Shown here one piece after another: positions 12,261 through 25,929 of a stretch of DNA of 64,000 nucleotides. Origin of the DNA: Adineta vaga. Its lineage: Eukaryota; Animalia; Rotifera. The stretch is from the NCBI GenBank assembly GCA_021613535.1, contig CP075496.1, positions 4,030,001 to 4,094,000 on the forward strand. Direction: 5' to 3'. The number at the start of each line of letters is the position of its first letter. Within the stretch, counting starts at the first letter, position 1. The notes beneath the pieces were generated by a model. It was given only the letters and a program-made list of their open reading frames with translations, was not told where the DNA came from and searched no databases. The translations under genes and the position numbers were made by a program.

Positions 12261-13241
12261 TTAAGTAACGATATAAAATATCTCGTGCGGTTTATATTGT
12301 TGTTATACTTAAAATTTGTTTTCGTTATTTCTAACATGTATAAAAACAATCTAAAGCATGGCGATGTATAAAGATATATACAAGAAACAAGACAAAAAGA
12401 AAATATTCAGGAGAAAAAAAATGAATATTAAATGCGAAGTCAGGAGAGTGATAAACGTAAATCATAAACTTTGCTTGCCCTTCTTTTATTCTTTACGTTG
12501 TTTATTCAAACTTTCAGTCGTTTAAAGTTCTCTCAGTTATAAAAATTGGAAATGTTTCCAAGTAAAGAACAAGCACCACGGTGACCAGAATTAGTCGATG
12601 ATTGATGGAACTGATTGTGTTTTATGATTATCTTATTTTGGGCACAGTAGTTTCTTTTCTTCCTACATTTCTTTTTAAAAATATATATTTGAAAACAGAA
12701 CATTTATTTTTATTTTGATATTGAGAGAAATTTTCAATCAATTTTTCTTCGTTGAGGGAAATTTTTCGTTTTAACGACAAATTCTGCAGCCCTAGGGGTA
12801 GGGAGAGGTAACCTGAGGAAAATTTCACCAAGGTAGTTGCGTGATAGATAAAGTCATCAAACTTTTCATCGTGCTTTCCTAGGTCTAGAAAATGGTCAAG
12901 AGAGTGTTAGCGTCAGCAGGGTGAGTGTGAAGAATCAGTGAGAGAACGATGCGACATATGATATGAAGAAATAAAGGAAAGCGTAACTCCATCAGCGCTA
13001 AAGCCTCTTCTATCAAAAAACATCACAATGAGGGTCAGCAGGGAGACCTTTTGTGGCTTTCAAGCAAGTATTCTTTGTATTATTTCACTTTAACAAAGTC
13101 ATTCTAAGTGTGCTAGTTGGCGAAAAATGTAGAAATTCATTCAAAACATAATTTCTTTGAATTTGAAGGCCACAGATGAACATAATCCAGGTATCAATAA
13201 TACGTTATTGAGAACAGATTTAGAACCTCGTAGTTTTTCAA

Positions 13242-13430
13242 GTGTACGGAAAAAGTGAGTGCATAATTAGAATCAATCGATGTGTCCGTCCATCGGTTCG
13301 TTTACACGATAACTCCCGAAAAGCTAATCCGATTATGATGAAACTTGCCAGAGTATTGTCACATCAATATCTCACTCGAGTTCGAAGATGAGCGTGATTG
13401 GACGAGCCATTGCTGAGTTATTGAAAAACT
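13242..13430 (+). mobile_element. DINE-1/HINE-like element, diverged copy 4
   Basis: GTGTACGGAAAAAGTGAGTGCAT...TGTCCGTCC...GATAACTC...TCGAGTTCGAAGATGAG. Confidence 0.55.
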
Positions 13431-16400
13431 ACTGATATTTCCCTATATCTTCTATCTCATACACTTTTTGCAGTACACATAACTTTCGGATAAAATCCGA
13501 AGTTTCCGTATTTATTTTTGATTGAAAAGAATCGATAAATATTTGTTTAGCGGAAATAGAAACTGACGTGATACTATCACTGAGAGAGAGAGAGAGACAA
13601 GGATTTTTCAGACACATCAATCATAGGTTAATACCATCATTAAATTCATTTATTGCATAATCGAAAAAATGTTCTGATTGTCGATCGTTTCACGCAAATA
13701 TCGAGTAGATGAAAGTTTATATGTGTTATAATTCATAGTAGAGAGTGATTATCTACTATTGAATTTATTCTGTCTGTTGTTAGAAATAGCAAATACATTT
13801 TCTTCCTTCAAATTCTTTCTCCTTTCGATTTAACGTGCTTTATATGAATGGTTTTTTTCTCTCGTCATGTCGTTCGATAAAACTTGATGTAATAGTTTAA
13901 GAAAGGATTTAATCAACTAATTCATTATAGTTGTCTAGAAGAAAGGTACACACAATTTTAATAATTACATACAAGAAATGAATATTCTTTTGTATCTATG
14001 CACGCAAAAGGTTTCGTAGACAGATAACAGCATATGTTCATCATATTTTTTTATAAGTAATACTTGTTAATGAATGATTGTTTCTATTCACTTTTTTGTT
14101 TTGAACAGACATAACTACCGATAGTAGATTTGTGTACATACAATGGACGCATATACATTTTAGTAAAATTCAATGATCAAGCATAGAGAAAAGTCTATAC
14201 TAGTTTATAATTCGAATCTGTTATCAAAACATCTCACATTCAGATGATTGAAAAATATATGAATTATTGTAAATCATTCTTCCAATATTTGCTAAGCATA
14301 CATTTTAATAAAACAAACAAATATAATAATCATCAATCATTTGAAACCTAAATTCATTCTCAGTTTAAAAGAACTTCCATATTAGAAGACCCATGCGGCT
14401 AAAAAGTTTGAAAAACACATTGAAAGACCACCCTTTTAATTAATTAATATTTTCAGACTCCAGTGAATCTATTTTTGGGAGTTTTGAGCTGAAAATCTAT
14501 AACAACGAACGTCAACACTATTGTCTGACTGTATAAACCTCAAAATGCTCTTCCAAAACTACTAAAAACTTGAAGGATTTCTGGAAAATCTTTTAAAATA
14601 AAAATCAGAAAAAAATATGAGACATCATAGAAGATCCCTGGTCATCTAAAATGGTGGGTGGGAGCGTTTACACATTTGTACATGTCTCTCACTACTATAT
14701 TTATATACAAGACGTCATATGTTGCCACTATATCAGTAATCAACAAAAAGAAACGATAAAGATGACCATAGTTTTCGAACATAGTTACAAATCGAACGGA
14801 TTTCAAAGATCAGTATGACCAATGACATCTGTATATTTGGTAGCCATTCTTTTGAGCTTTTTATTTAGTTCAAATATTCATAATGTTTAAATATATTTCT
14901 ATAGAAAGCTTTTGTATTTAATTCACACATTACGCTTAGACTTGTTTTATCCTTGTATAAGTAGAAAGAAATATAATCTAAAAATAATTGCATTGTTCCT
15001 ATTAACTATTTTCAAGGTTCGTTACTTCTCGTCATATAAAAAAACATTCAAATATATTTTAAACGCTATTAAAAATCATTTTTAGAAAGTATTTCACTTA
15101 AAATATCTATTTGACGTCAGCAAAAACTATCTATAAATGTGATTAATTATACTTCTTTTTGAAAAGTAGTTTATTATGTCATAATATCTTTTAATTCTAT
15201 CTGGTACTTTATTAATTCTGATGGATCATTGTAGGAATCTTATTTGATCTTGTTATTTTCATAAGATTTAATGAGAATTTAACGAGATTGATAATTATGG
15301 TTCACACGTACATATATTACATTATTTCTTTGGATTATTTTTAGTTTTTTTTCTCTCATTTGGTGAGTATAATCACTATATAAAGTATATTCATTCCTAA
15401 AATAAGACTTTTGAAAGAAAACTCTCCAGTAATGACCTAATTTTGTCGGAAGATAAAAAGTAATACAATAAGTTCCATATTGAAGTGGAATAAAAAAAAA
15501 ACCATATGATAGGAAAGAGAATAAATAATCTATTTTTTACGGTCTTTCAAATAGAACATATCGATTTATGGTTCGTCGATTTCTACAATATAAATTCATT
15601 CCAGATAACATCGAGTTTAGTTTCCATTGCGGTCTAGTTAATCCATAACCTTGTAGTAAACAATAACAAGTTTTTATTTCAAATAATAATTGGAAACTAT
15701 TAAATGTATTTAATATTAATAATGTAAAAACATTCAGAACATTGAGATATTCTTGAATGTCAATGTACTTTTCTTAAAAATTTTATAACAAAACGGAATA
15801 TATAACTAATAAGTCACGCATACTTCTATTCTAATACATGATTGATTTTATTGCTTTACAAAAGAAAATCATAAATAGGTCAAAACTATCTGTCATTAAA
15901 TTTTCAAGTTTTTTTACTCAAGATATATTGTCACCTGTATGATATTTACTTGTAAGGAATATTATTTTTAGACAAATAAGAATATCAAGGGTGTACACAC
16001 AACTGGATTCATTCGGGACAATTAAAAAATTTTCCCATCACTTATTTGACTCAGATTTCTTGAGCGCATTTCATCGATAATGGAAACATCCAGTCAGAGA
16101 CTACCAACCACTGCTTGTCTGCTTGTCGACTTAGTAGAAAATAGATAATGAAATGCGAACACTGCCGGTCGATTAGAGTAACACACAGCATGAATTAGTA
16201 GCAACTCAAGACTTGTCACCTAGGAATATGCCTTTACTAAATCAAATCAGAGACAGACAGAACAGCGGAGAGAAAAAGATGTATCTATATATAAATAAAG
16301 AGAGGGAGAGAGAGAGAGAGAACGATAGTTATACTATAGTATATATTCGATAGATGTGTTTTTTTTCTTCAATGCCTTATGGTCGTCGTCCAACAAGAAG

Positions 16401-17391
16401 GTAATATAGCCTTCAGTGGAAATCGACGGTCTGTAGCATTTCTTTAATAAGCTTATACCATTATTGTGATGAATATTGCATGGCTAGTAGAAATCTGAAA
16501 GATGTAGAAAAAAGCAGAAAAATAAAAGGCGAACAAGCAAACGAAAGAAGAATTGATTGTTGTTGTAAATTAACAAAAAGCACCTGCTGTTAATCATATC
16601 AATAACAATATAAAATCGAAAAGTATTCAATGATTTGTTTTTTTATTGATATGTTGACTGAATTGGAAATTACTTTTATATTAACAGTGTTCATTTAATG
16701 AACAGATTTTATTAATATTTTTTGCCACTTTTTATCGATGAATCTAACAAGATATGACTGACAGTTGCAAATAGAAGATGAAGATCGTCGATCGTAAATT
16801 GATAAGAATGTTATTGTCGGATGTTTTCTTTTTTTTTACTAACATCTTACATAAATGCAATTAGACGTTTCTTTCTCATCAATACGGCACCTTACTATGT
16901 GGTATCTTTTTCGAATTTCTCTCTCTGTCTCTCTCTCTCTTTGTCTGTCTGTCTGTCTGTCTCTCATTTCCTTTTTTAGATTTTTCCTCTTCAGTCTATA
17001 TTTTTATTCAAAGAGCAATCCAGATCGGATAGGGGGAGTAGTAAAAAAAAGAAGAGAGACGTAGATCTCTTTCTTGTTTATTCTGTTCAAAGCGTGCATC
17101 CATCTTATTTTATATAATTCTCTTTTTTTTCTCATTCTCTTTGCTAGTTTTATTGTTTTCGGATAAAAATAACAGAAAAAAAAGAAAGAAAAACTTCACA
17201 CATCTAGAACTCATTGAGCTCTTTCTCCCTATATATATATATATATATAATCCATCTGTCTCTTTCGAAGTGAATAGTTTGATGTACATTTCAGTGATTG
17301 AAAGATTATTCGAGTGGAACAAATCATTTGGGATCGAGAAAACAATGCTGGAATTCGTTCTTTCTTTCTCTATCATTATAGACACTTGATC

Positions 17392-18844
17392 ATGTCAAAC
17401 GCAACGCCAACTGGTTGTACAAATCTTTTAACGCATTCATCTGATGATAGAGAACCGTATCGTACGATAACATTAACTTTACTTCGTATCTATCCAATTT
17501 TATTTATCTGTGTTGGAACAGCAGGTAATTTATTATCTGTTTACGTTGTTTTACGTTCGAAATTGAGACGACATTCAACTTTTATTTATTTGGCATTTTT
17601 ATCTATTATTGATCTTGCTGTTTTATATACATTTTGTGTTAATTTTATACTTCACGCTTGGTTTGATATTGATCTTCAGCAAGTCTCTTTAATAGCATGT
17701 AAAATTTATTCGTTTTCAATTTATTTTTTTCCTCAAACAAGTGCTTGGATATTGACAGCTGTTTCTATCGATCGTGTCGTTGCTTTAACACGTGGTGTAC
17801 GTAAAACTCGTAAAATACGTCAAACTTATGCCATACTTATTTCGATATTTCTAATACTTTTCTTATTAAATATTCACTTTCTATTCTTTGACAATACATA
17901 TGTATTATCTTTACAGCAAAACAACGATGCTACTCGAGAATCACTAACATTGTCGTCTATGTATCGAATTGTTGATACAGATATGGATATAAATGTTGTT
18001 CAATGTTCATCCGAATATAGTGATGGTTATAAACAATTTTATGGTGATGTTTGGGTATATGTTGATGCAACTGTTAATGTTTATTTACCATTTGCATTGA
18101 TGTTTCTTTGTTCAACAATTATTTTTCTTAGTGTTTTACGAACCATGCGTGATGCACATAATTCAAATAAACGTTTAGTAGCCAGAAATTTAAGCACAAT
18201 GTTACTATCAATCAATGCAATGTTTGTTCTCTTAACTGCACCAATTGTTTTCTATTTAATGTTTGAAAAACGTACATTTAAATCGGAAGCAAATCAATGT
18301 GATACGAAATTAAAAGCAAGATATAAAATGATCAAATTACTTTTTATTATTTTAATGAATGCAAATCATACGGGAAATATTCTTGTTTATTGTTTAACAG
18401 GAACAGAATTTCGTACACATTTATTTCATGTTTTTCATACATTTGGTTGTCGAAAAAAGAATAGTTTAATACAAGGAAATTATTTGACAAATCGTAAAGG
18501 TACATTTAATGAATGTAGACGTTTATCCGGCGCTATTCTAAATAAAGATAGTGTACATAATCAATCTCAAACATCAAGATCATCTAGTAGAAAACAATAT
18601 CAAAGGCATACACCGCCCTTAACATATCAAACAACTCGAATGAAAAAAGTAGATTTATTTACAAGAAAATTTCTTCTTCCTCTTTTTTTTTACTATCTTG
18701 TTTGATTGTTTCTAGATGAGTGGAACAATTGATGATGATCAATCAATTCCTATTTGTTTAAAATCACGAGAAGATGCTCAATATATTTTATTAGCAAATA
18801 AATTAAGTAATAAACAAGCGGCATCAACAACTGCATGCATGTAA
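17392..18844 (+). CDS. Class A (rhodopsin-like) GPCR, probable peptide receptor; exons 17392-18648 and 18716-18844
   Basis: Seven hydrophobic segments; GTAGN (TM1), LSIIDL (TM2), SIDRV (DRY-like) and NILVYCLTGTEFR (TM7/helix 8). A phase-0 GT-AG intron at 18649-18715 adds a C-terminal exon ending TTACM*. Confidence 0.9.
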
Positions 18845-20391
18845 TGCACATCGAAAGACACTTTTTCCTTGCATATCTATAATCGTTTTTCATGATGAGC
18901 ATATGCCAGTTATGGTTCTGACATAAAAGAAAATAATAAAGAGACTAGGACGGAACAAACAACACTTCCGAATTCCCTCGACGTACTCGATCCGCCACGA
19001 CTAATCTTATTCTTAGACGATGCATCTCTCTTTCTTCAATTTTCTGCTATTTCTATAGACCATATACATCTAACGTCGGTATCTTCTGACTTTTACATTA
19101 TCGTTAAATAATCACGGCAACGTCTTTTCTCGCATTAGATAAGGCATACGCTAGTAATAATATTTTTTATTGCCTAATTGAAAAGACGAGAAGAGATAAA
19201 AGAAAACGGAAAAATGTCTATTTCGTGTTCAGTGATGGATATGAATGAAACAAAGATTTTTCTTTTTTGTTTATTTTACTACTCAGTCTCGTGCTTACAC
19301 AATACGCATGAGACTCATTACCACTCAGTTTTCAATCGTCAGCTTTTCCATCATCATTGTTTGTGTTCATTTTCTATGAATAACTATTTCTTTCTTGTGC
19401 CGAATAGTGGCTAAATGTCTTATTCAATGAACAAATAATAAAAAAATTTGTAACGGATATTTGATGCAAATAATCTAGTTTTGTATGAAATTATCGATCA
19501 TGTCTTTCGTTCTTTCTCTCGTAAGAAAGAGAAAGAAATTGATTATTAAGAAATCAAAATTCTTGTTTGAAATGATTAATTCAATATTTATGAATCAATT
19601 TTGATCACATATACTTCTGATATCCGGTTGATCTATTCAACTTTCATTATCTTTTCGATTACATCCTTTTTTTACGGTTCAATTTCCTTTTTTCATAAAT
19701 ATGTAAAGATATGTAAGCAGTATTTTGTTTTTCATTTGAAATTAATCCTTTGTTAATACGCATATTTTTTTTTTCTTATATTGACAATGAAAAAAACGAA
19801 ATAAATACAGATAATGGAAGAACAATATTAATTGCTTGAATCCATCTATTTCATTGCTCATGAAGAAAAGTCAAAAATTAATTTACATAGATCCGATTTT
19901 ATTGAAACGGAATCAACATTAGTCACTTTAGAAAAGTGTCGAGAAAAAAAGAAAAAGATCACTACAAAGAAGAAATTGACTAAATACATATATACGTATG
20001 AATATCATCTTCTAGATTATTGAATAACAATAATCAAATAAGAAAAAAAAAAGTCAGCAGATCAGAGAAAGACCTAATATAGGAATTTACAAATCAAAAA
20101 GGAAAAGTTAATATCCTATGAAAAATGCACTGACAAAAGAAGAAAAAGGTATTTATACCTGAGAGAGAAAAAGAAAAAGAAAATTGGACAAACACAAAGT
20201 ACGCAAACCGGTTTTTCATCTTATGGTACTTTAAGTATAGTTACAAAAAAATAAAATAAAAATTTTCTATTTATTGATTTTACATCGATTCACAAATTTT
20301 GAGAAAAGAGAGTAAATGAAAATATAAAATCAATTTAGACAACTGTTTATATACAACTACCTACAAAAAAATTATTGCACAATGAATGGAA

Positions 20392-22196
20392 TTATATTTC
20401 ATGATCATTTGAGTTTACTACGTCATCATCTAATATATTTCGAAAAAATCCTATTAAACGTTCAAGTCCATATAAATAACCTTTATCAGGACCAATATGA
20501 TTATTCGATAGATCATCATCGTTTGATGTACCGAGGATTGTATTAGCAAAATCAATCATACGTACATCAATTAGATTGGATGAAGGTGAACCATCATAAA
20601 CAATTAACAGACTTCCACTGTAAAAACGATATTTCAATAAAGATTTAACAATAATATATAATGATTCTAATCGTTCAATGATTTTCGGTAAGACATCAAG
20701 ACGTTGTGTACGTCCATTATGAAAATATTGTTCTAATGATAAACGAAATTCTTCAATAGTTAACATTCGACCTCGATATTTATCAGTAAATATATATTGA
20801 TCACTTTCAGTTTGATAAACCTAAATAATCAAATCGATATATGAATTCTAAATTAGTATTGAATCTTACCTGCATGCCACATAATCGTACACCTAATTTT
20901 GATGATGTTGATAATTCACATTTTTGTATTTTTGATTGACGTTTTTTATCGGAATCAACATCCGCATATTGTCTTCTACCCATTTTTAAATCTAATATGC
21001 ATGGATTTTGAAACTTTGCAGTAACATTTTCTAATAATATGTATTCTAAAGTACAGAAAAAATTGATTCTAAATTTTCTTTTTTTCCTCTTCTATAGAAT
21101 GTGTATGTTTATTATGAATGATTTATCAAAACAATTACAATGTGCACTTTCAATGTATATTATGCTCATTGTAATTCATTCAAACAATGTTCTAAGTATA
21201 AAGAATACTACTAAATAATAGATAGAGCTCTTTTTTTTCATGTTATCTTATCTGTTACTTCAATCCTTTGTTTACATTGATCGTATTATTATCATCTAGT
21301 GTGAAAAGCCCTAGATTAAGCATCGTAATATATCCTATGAGAATTTCAAATCGTGTTATATTTCCATTGTACTTTAATGAACCACAAGAGTACGGAATTT
21401 CTCACGTTTCAATCAAAAATAGAACTTTTCTATACAATCGATCTATTTTGAAATAACTAGAAACATAAAATATTACTTTGTGTAATAGTAACATTTTCAT
21501 CCCCGATTAATTGTCGATGTAGTTTTTCGGCTTGTTTTTTGCACAATTGTAAACTCCAAGGATTGATAAGAACCATCGCAGTTTTTCCTTTTTCATAATT
21601 AACAGTATCAATACTCAAACTATTCGAATAATCAACCTGTCCATCTTTTGAACAACGTAATCTAAAGTAAATATTTGATTTAGAATATGATACAAGAAAT
21701 GATCTATTATTTCAATACGAACTGTACTGATTTTCGTGAAGTACTATCAGTAGTTTGTTGGTCATTGGTTGATAATTGATCTTGTTCAATTGATGATGTG
21801 TTATTTTCTATGGGATTTGTCTGTGGTCGAGCAAAAAGCTTTATAAAACCTGATTCATCTTTATAACATTGAACGGTGACACTACCTGCGAAAAACAAAT
21901 CGTTAGAAAAAAAAATGAATCGATTAAAATTAGTTAACCTCGGAATTCGGGTATGAATGATTTTAATAAATCAGGTACTGCTTGATAAAATTCGAATTCA
22001 GCTGGTGCCAATAATTTACAAACTGTATTTTTATTATACTGAAACATTGATGAATGACCGCCCACCTAACAACGAAGTGAAAAAAAAAGATCTCAAATCA
22101 TATATAGAAATGTAGTTTTTGCTTTACTTGATGAATAAATGGCGATAATTGAACAAGCGATGCTTGGTTGCATTCACAGTCGTTCATTCGGACCAT
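20392..22196 (-). CDS. IP6K: Inositol hexakisphosphate kinase (IP6K), multi-exon
   Basis: Spliced translation gives LSPFIHQVGGHSSM, LENVTAKFQNPCILDLKMGRRQY (PxxxDxKxG), STSSKLGVRLCGMQVY, RFYSGSLLIVYDG and VRMIDFANT. Confidence 0.92.
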
Positions 22197-23128
22197 TGAA
22201 ATTAATAGAAATTCGAACACACTGCTGGATTAATTGTAAATGCATAGACAAACAATATATTTTATTCTGTCTAGAATGATAAGAAGAGAACGAAATACGA
22301 AAATAAGAGCGAAAAAAGCACAGCTGACATTAAGTAAAGTGATATTTGCATGGTTTTGCGTCATTATATTTTCTTCTTTTCGAGGAAAAAAGAGAGAAAA
22401 AAAGCGAACAACTGAAAAGATTATATACGTCATTGTCTTTGAAAGAGAAAAAACCAATTTTCGCCCGTATTTTGACGAATGAAAGATTGATTCAATGAAT
22501 AATTGTTATGACTATTTTTTTCTTCTAAATTTAAACTACGTAAAATGTTGTCCAAGAAATGTACACAATGATTAATTAAGTACACAAATAATTATATGTT
22601 TTGACCTGATATGTAGAAAACAAAAAACAAATACAAAATATAAATGTATGATTATTATGTAACTAAGCCACAATTCGACCTTGTTTTCTTCGTTTTTTTT
22701 ACAAAAGAAAGTCATACGTAACAAAATAAACACACACTATTCTATCTAATCAAAAACATATTTTCGTCACTATACATAGATAATAAATATGCTTTCAACA
22801 AATATTCTATATAATCGAATTCACATATCTATCTACTCGTGTCGTATTCATCCGACCAAAAGCAAAAGATCGCACTAATTCTTACATATGTAAATTATCT
22901 AACCAATAAAACTATTGATTAATAGAAATCTATATTTCGACGAGAAAAAATAAGAAATTATCTTTTTCGAGATGTTTTGTTAAGGTATCTTATCATAAAA
23001 TGATACCATTCATTATACTTTTTTCTTTTCTCTTCATCTTCAATCCATTTTTTATTGTTTATCTGTCAAATAAGCACCAATCAGATTTTATCAAACAATT
23101 GATAGAGGTTCGTCCTAAGCACTAACCA

Positions 23129-23142
23129 ATTCTCATGGCGAT
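23129..23142. promoter_or_regulatory. Candidate RFX X-box upstream of TMEM231
   Basis: ATTCTCATGGCGAT matches the relaxed X-box consensus RTHNYYWTRRNRAC at 13 of 14 positions, 55 bp before the ATG of a ciliary transition-zone gene. Confidence 0.4.
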
Positions 23143-23196
23143 GAGCACTTTCTTCATGCGCATACGATTAATTTCAATTCACGTTTTTCTTAAACA

Positions 23197-24141
23197 ATGT
23201 ATTTCTATGAATTATTTTCTCATTCCGATCGATTTTCATATCGTTCACATTTAATATCAAGTGCAACATATGTTCTATTTCTATGCACCGTATTAACTCT
23301 TTTACCACCATTCTTATTAACTTATTATACAGGTGATTTTTGGCTTACCGAATCTATTTACAGCGAACAGCCACGATTAGATAATAATACAAAATTTATT
23401 CTTCAAGTAGATAATGATGGCAGTAATAATCAATTCTTTCTATCATCATATTCTAATTTAAATCGAAATTTACAATCGAATCTTCTCATATCAGACACAA
23501 TTTTTACAACAAATGATACAGATAGTGATGGTTTACTTGATCAATATCGTATGACCTTTGATATTGTTTTTGCTAGTACATCTACTATTCGTAGTATTAA
23601 TATATGGTTAATATTTCAATATGAATTACGTGTAAAACAACATATTACTATGGAAACAATGGCATTAGCAAATTTTGTTCCATCATCAACTCTTCAATCA
23701 ACAAGTAATCAACACGTTACTATCTATGGTCAATTAATGTTTAAACAGAAAAAGGCAATTCAAAGTTCAGGTATAGATTTAACCTACAATGAATTGATAA
23801 TTGATTCAAATAGTTTGTCATTATCACCCGATCTGAATGATATTCTTGATAAATATTTTGCACGAAATTATTATACATCATTTCAAACACAATATACATC
23901 AACAACAGCTCGGACTTCTACTGATACTGATAGATTAACTATTACACTTGTGATGAATGTTGGACGACAGGCTATTCGATATATGCCAGGATTTTGGCAA
24001 GCATTTAAATGGGGTTGGATACAATATATATCTGTACTTTTGCCATTTTTCTACATATTTCATCGATTGAAATTATTTGTTTTTTCCAATCATCTCGTAC
24101 GAACATTTGTTCCATTACCAAAACATCGACATCAAGCATGA
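23197..24141 (+). CDS. TMEM231: Transmembrane protein 231 (ciliary transition zone), intronless
   Basis: The N-terminus YELFSH...SYRSHLISSAT...PPFLLTY...FWL...YSEQP and the C-terminus PGFWQAFKWGWIQYISVLLPF...LFVFSNHLV match the TMEM231 family. Confidence 0.92.
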   Translation: MYFYELFSHSDRFSYRSHLISSATYVLFLCTVLTLLPPFLLTYYTGDFWLTESIYSEQPRLDNNTKFILQVDNDGSNNQFFLSSYSNLNRNLQSNLLISDTIFTTNDTDSDGLLDQYRMTFDIVFASTSTIRSINIWLIFQYELRVKQHITMETMALANFVPSSTLQSTSNQHVTIYGQLMFKQKKAIQSSGIDLTYNELIIDSNSLSLSPDLNDILDKYFARNYYTSFQTQYTSTTARTSTDTDRLTITLVMNVGRQAIRYMPGFWQAFKWGWIQYISVLLPFFYIFHRLKLFVFSNHLVRTFVPLPKHRHQA

Positions 24142-24510
24142 GACAAAAATATTAGTCATGAATTTAGAAATTGAGAGGACAATTTTCTTTTTTATACTTG
24201 TTATTTAGTCGTTAACTTGATTAGAAATTCAAATTTCAAGTTTAATCAAATAAAACGTTCGATTTTATATCGAGGTCATCAAGCGATCTTCATTTAACTT
24301 CTTTACATCAAATATCAATTCAATTCTGAACAGGTGTTCTGACATTATTCATCTTTTTTTCGAAAGAATAAAAAAAACGAAATCTAAATAGAAAAATGTC
24401 ATTTAAGCTTAACAGTATGTTATTATCTCTACTCAATTCTGTCCTTGACTATAATACATAGATAAACATGTAATCGTAATAGATTTCTTCGTCGTTTGTT
24501 TTTTTTCTCT

Positions 24511-25341
24511 TCAAACAATTGAACGTCGATAATGATTAATTGGTTGAATTGAATCTTCATCGATAAATGTAATATCATAGTCAAGACTTTGATGACTACT
24601 ATCATTCAAAGAATTTCCTTCATAGTTTCGTACAAAAGCACGAGCGACCATTGGTTGTTGAAAGGATATATTTTCATAATCATCATTGCGATGTGTGTTT
24701 TGAACTTGATCATCATCATCATCATCACCCATATGATGATGTGAATGTGTTCGAAATGAAGATGAATTTCCATTCGAATGTTGTTGTCGTCGAGCAATTG
24801 TATCACAAACAGAACAACGTGAAGATAAACTTTGTGTTGATTCGATTTGTTGTTGTTGTTGTTGTTGTTGACGGTAACGATGCGATTCATAGAACGTTTT
24901 TGCTAATAATTCTGCAAGTATTTGTGCACGATGGCTTGTTTTACAAAGTACTACATGGCATTCAAGTTCATTCGATTGTTGAGAGCGTGCAATCCAGAGA
25001 AAAAGACGACGATGTAAAGGTTCAGCAACACAATATGAAATATTTTCAATAGCATCGAACCAAACACTTTTATATGTACCATTGGCTATTTCTTCATAAA
25101 TACATAAACCAAATGGATGTATTGATACAGCACAACGATTATGAAGTGTACCTTTTTTCGAACGTTTCCATATGATACGTACAGATTCCTTCAAAAGAAA
25201 AGAAATCTATAGAAGACATAAAGAGTCATTTCTCTCACTTACAATTGCTACATTTATACCATGCGAATGTAAAGCATGGACTTTGCCCAGATATTTGACT
25301 GGTTGAAGAGAATCTTCCGTTCGGAGTTCACTTTCACTCAT
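24511..25341 (-). CDS. PTB/PID-domain protein (FAM43/LDLRAP1-like), copy 1; exons 25341-25243 and 25188-24511
   Basis: PVKYLGKV...ISYCVAEPLHRRLFLWIAR...LECHVVLCKTSHRAQILAELLAKTF is a typical PTB pattern; poly-Q and poly-D tail. Confidence 0.8.
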
Positions 25342-25929
25342 TTCTTAAAGACTGCTACAAAGGAGAAATTCGTTTCTTCAATCGACCTTTTTACAATTAT
25401 GTATGTCTTATTGATGGCCTTTAAGGTTTCTTTTTCTTCTTCTTCTTCATTTCATTGATCCTAAAGTAAAGCTTCTCTCGAGGAAATTGAACATCTGATG
25501 AAGGGAGAACATGCAAAAAAGAAAACGAAGAAGAAGGATGCGGTGATATACAAAAGTAAAATAGAGCGCGTCGAGTAATTATAATGTAAGAAGGGCGCTA
25601 AGCTATTTAACTATCTATCTATCTCTCTCTCTCTCTCTATACATTTTTTTTTGGTAACAAAGCTTTATTGTAAAAAAGACAACACTGTAACATAAAGTCA
25701 ACGGATGGTATTGTACTTCTACATAAGCTGGAGTAGAGAAAAAAAAAAAGGACACATGACATATGTCTTTTGTCCATGAAATAGTAATAAGAACGAGAAA
25801 AATTTTATATGCCAATAGTGAGTGTAGATGGAGTGACGCGTGTAAAGTCTTACATATGTGGTAGAAGAAAAAGGAAAAGAAAACAGAAAACAGAAGATAT
25901 AGTGGTACTATATGGATAGATTGGACAGG

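Noticed and set aside
1224-17385. The many 60-127 aa ORFs in the gene-free region
   Set aside because: No recognisable domains; many have non-ATG starts and overlap MITEs or repeats.
17314-17391. N-terminal extension of the GPCR in the ORF track
   Set aside because: It starts at GTG and spans a splice acceptor; the first ATG is at 17392.
24606-25052. Alternative-frame and antisense ORFs over the PTB gene (also 34269-34673)
   Set aside because: Shadows of CAA and GAT triplet repeats in the real CDS.
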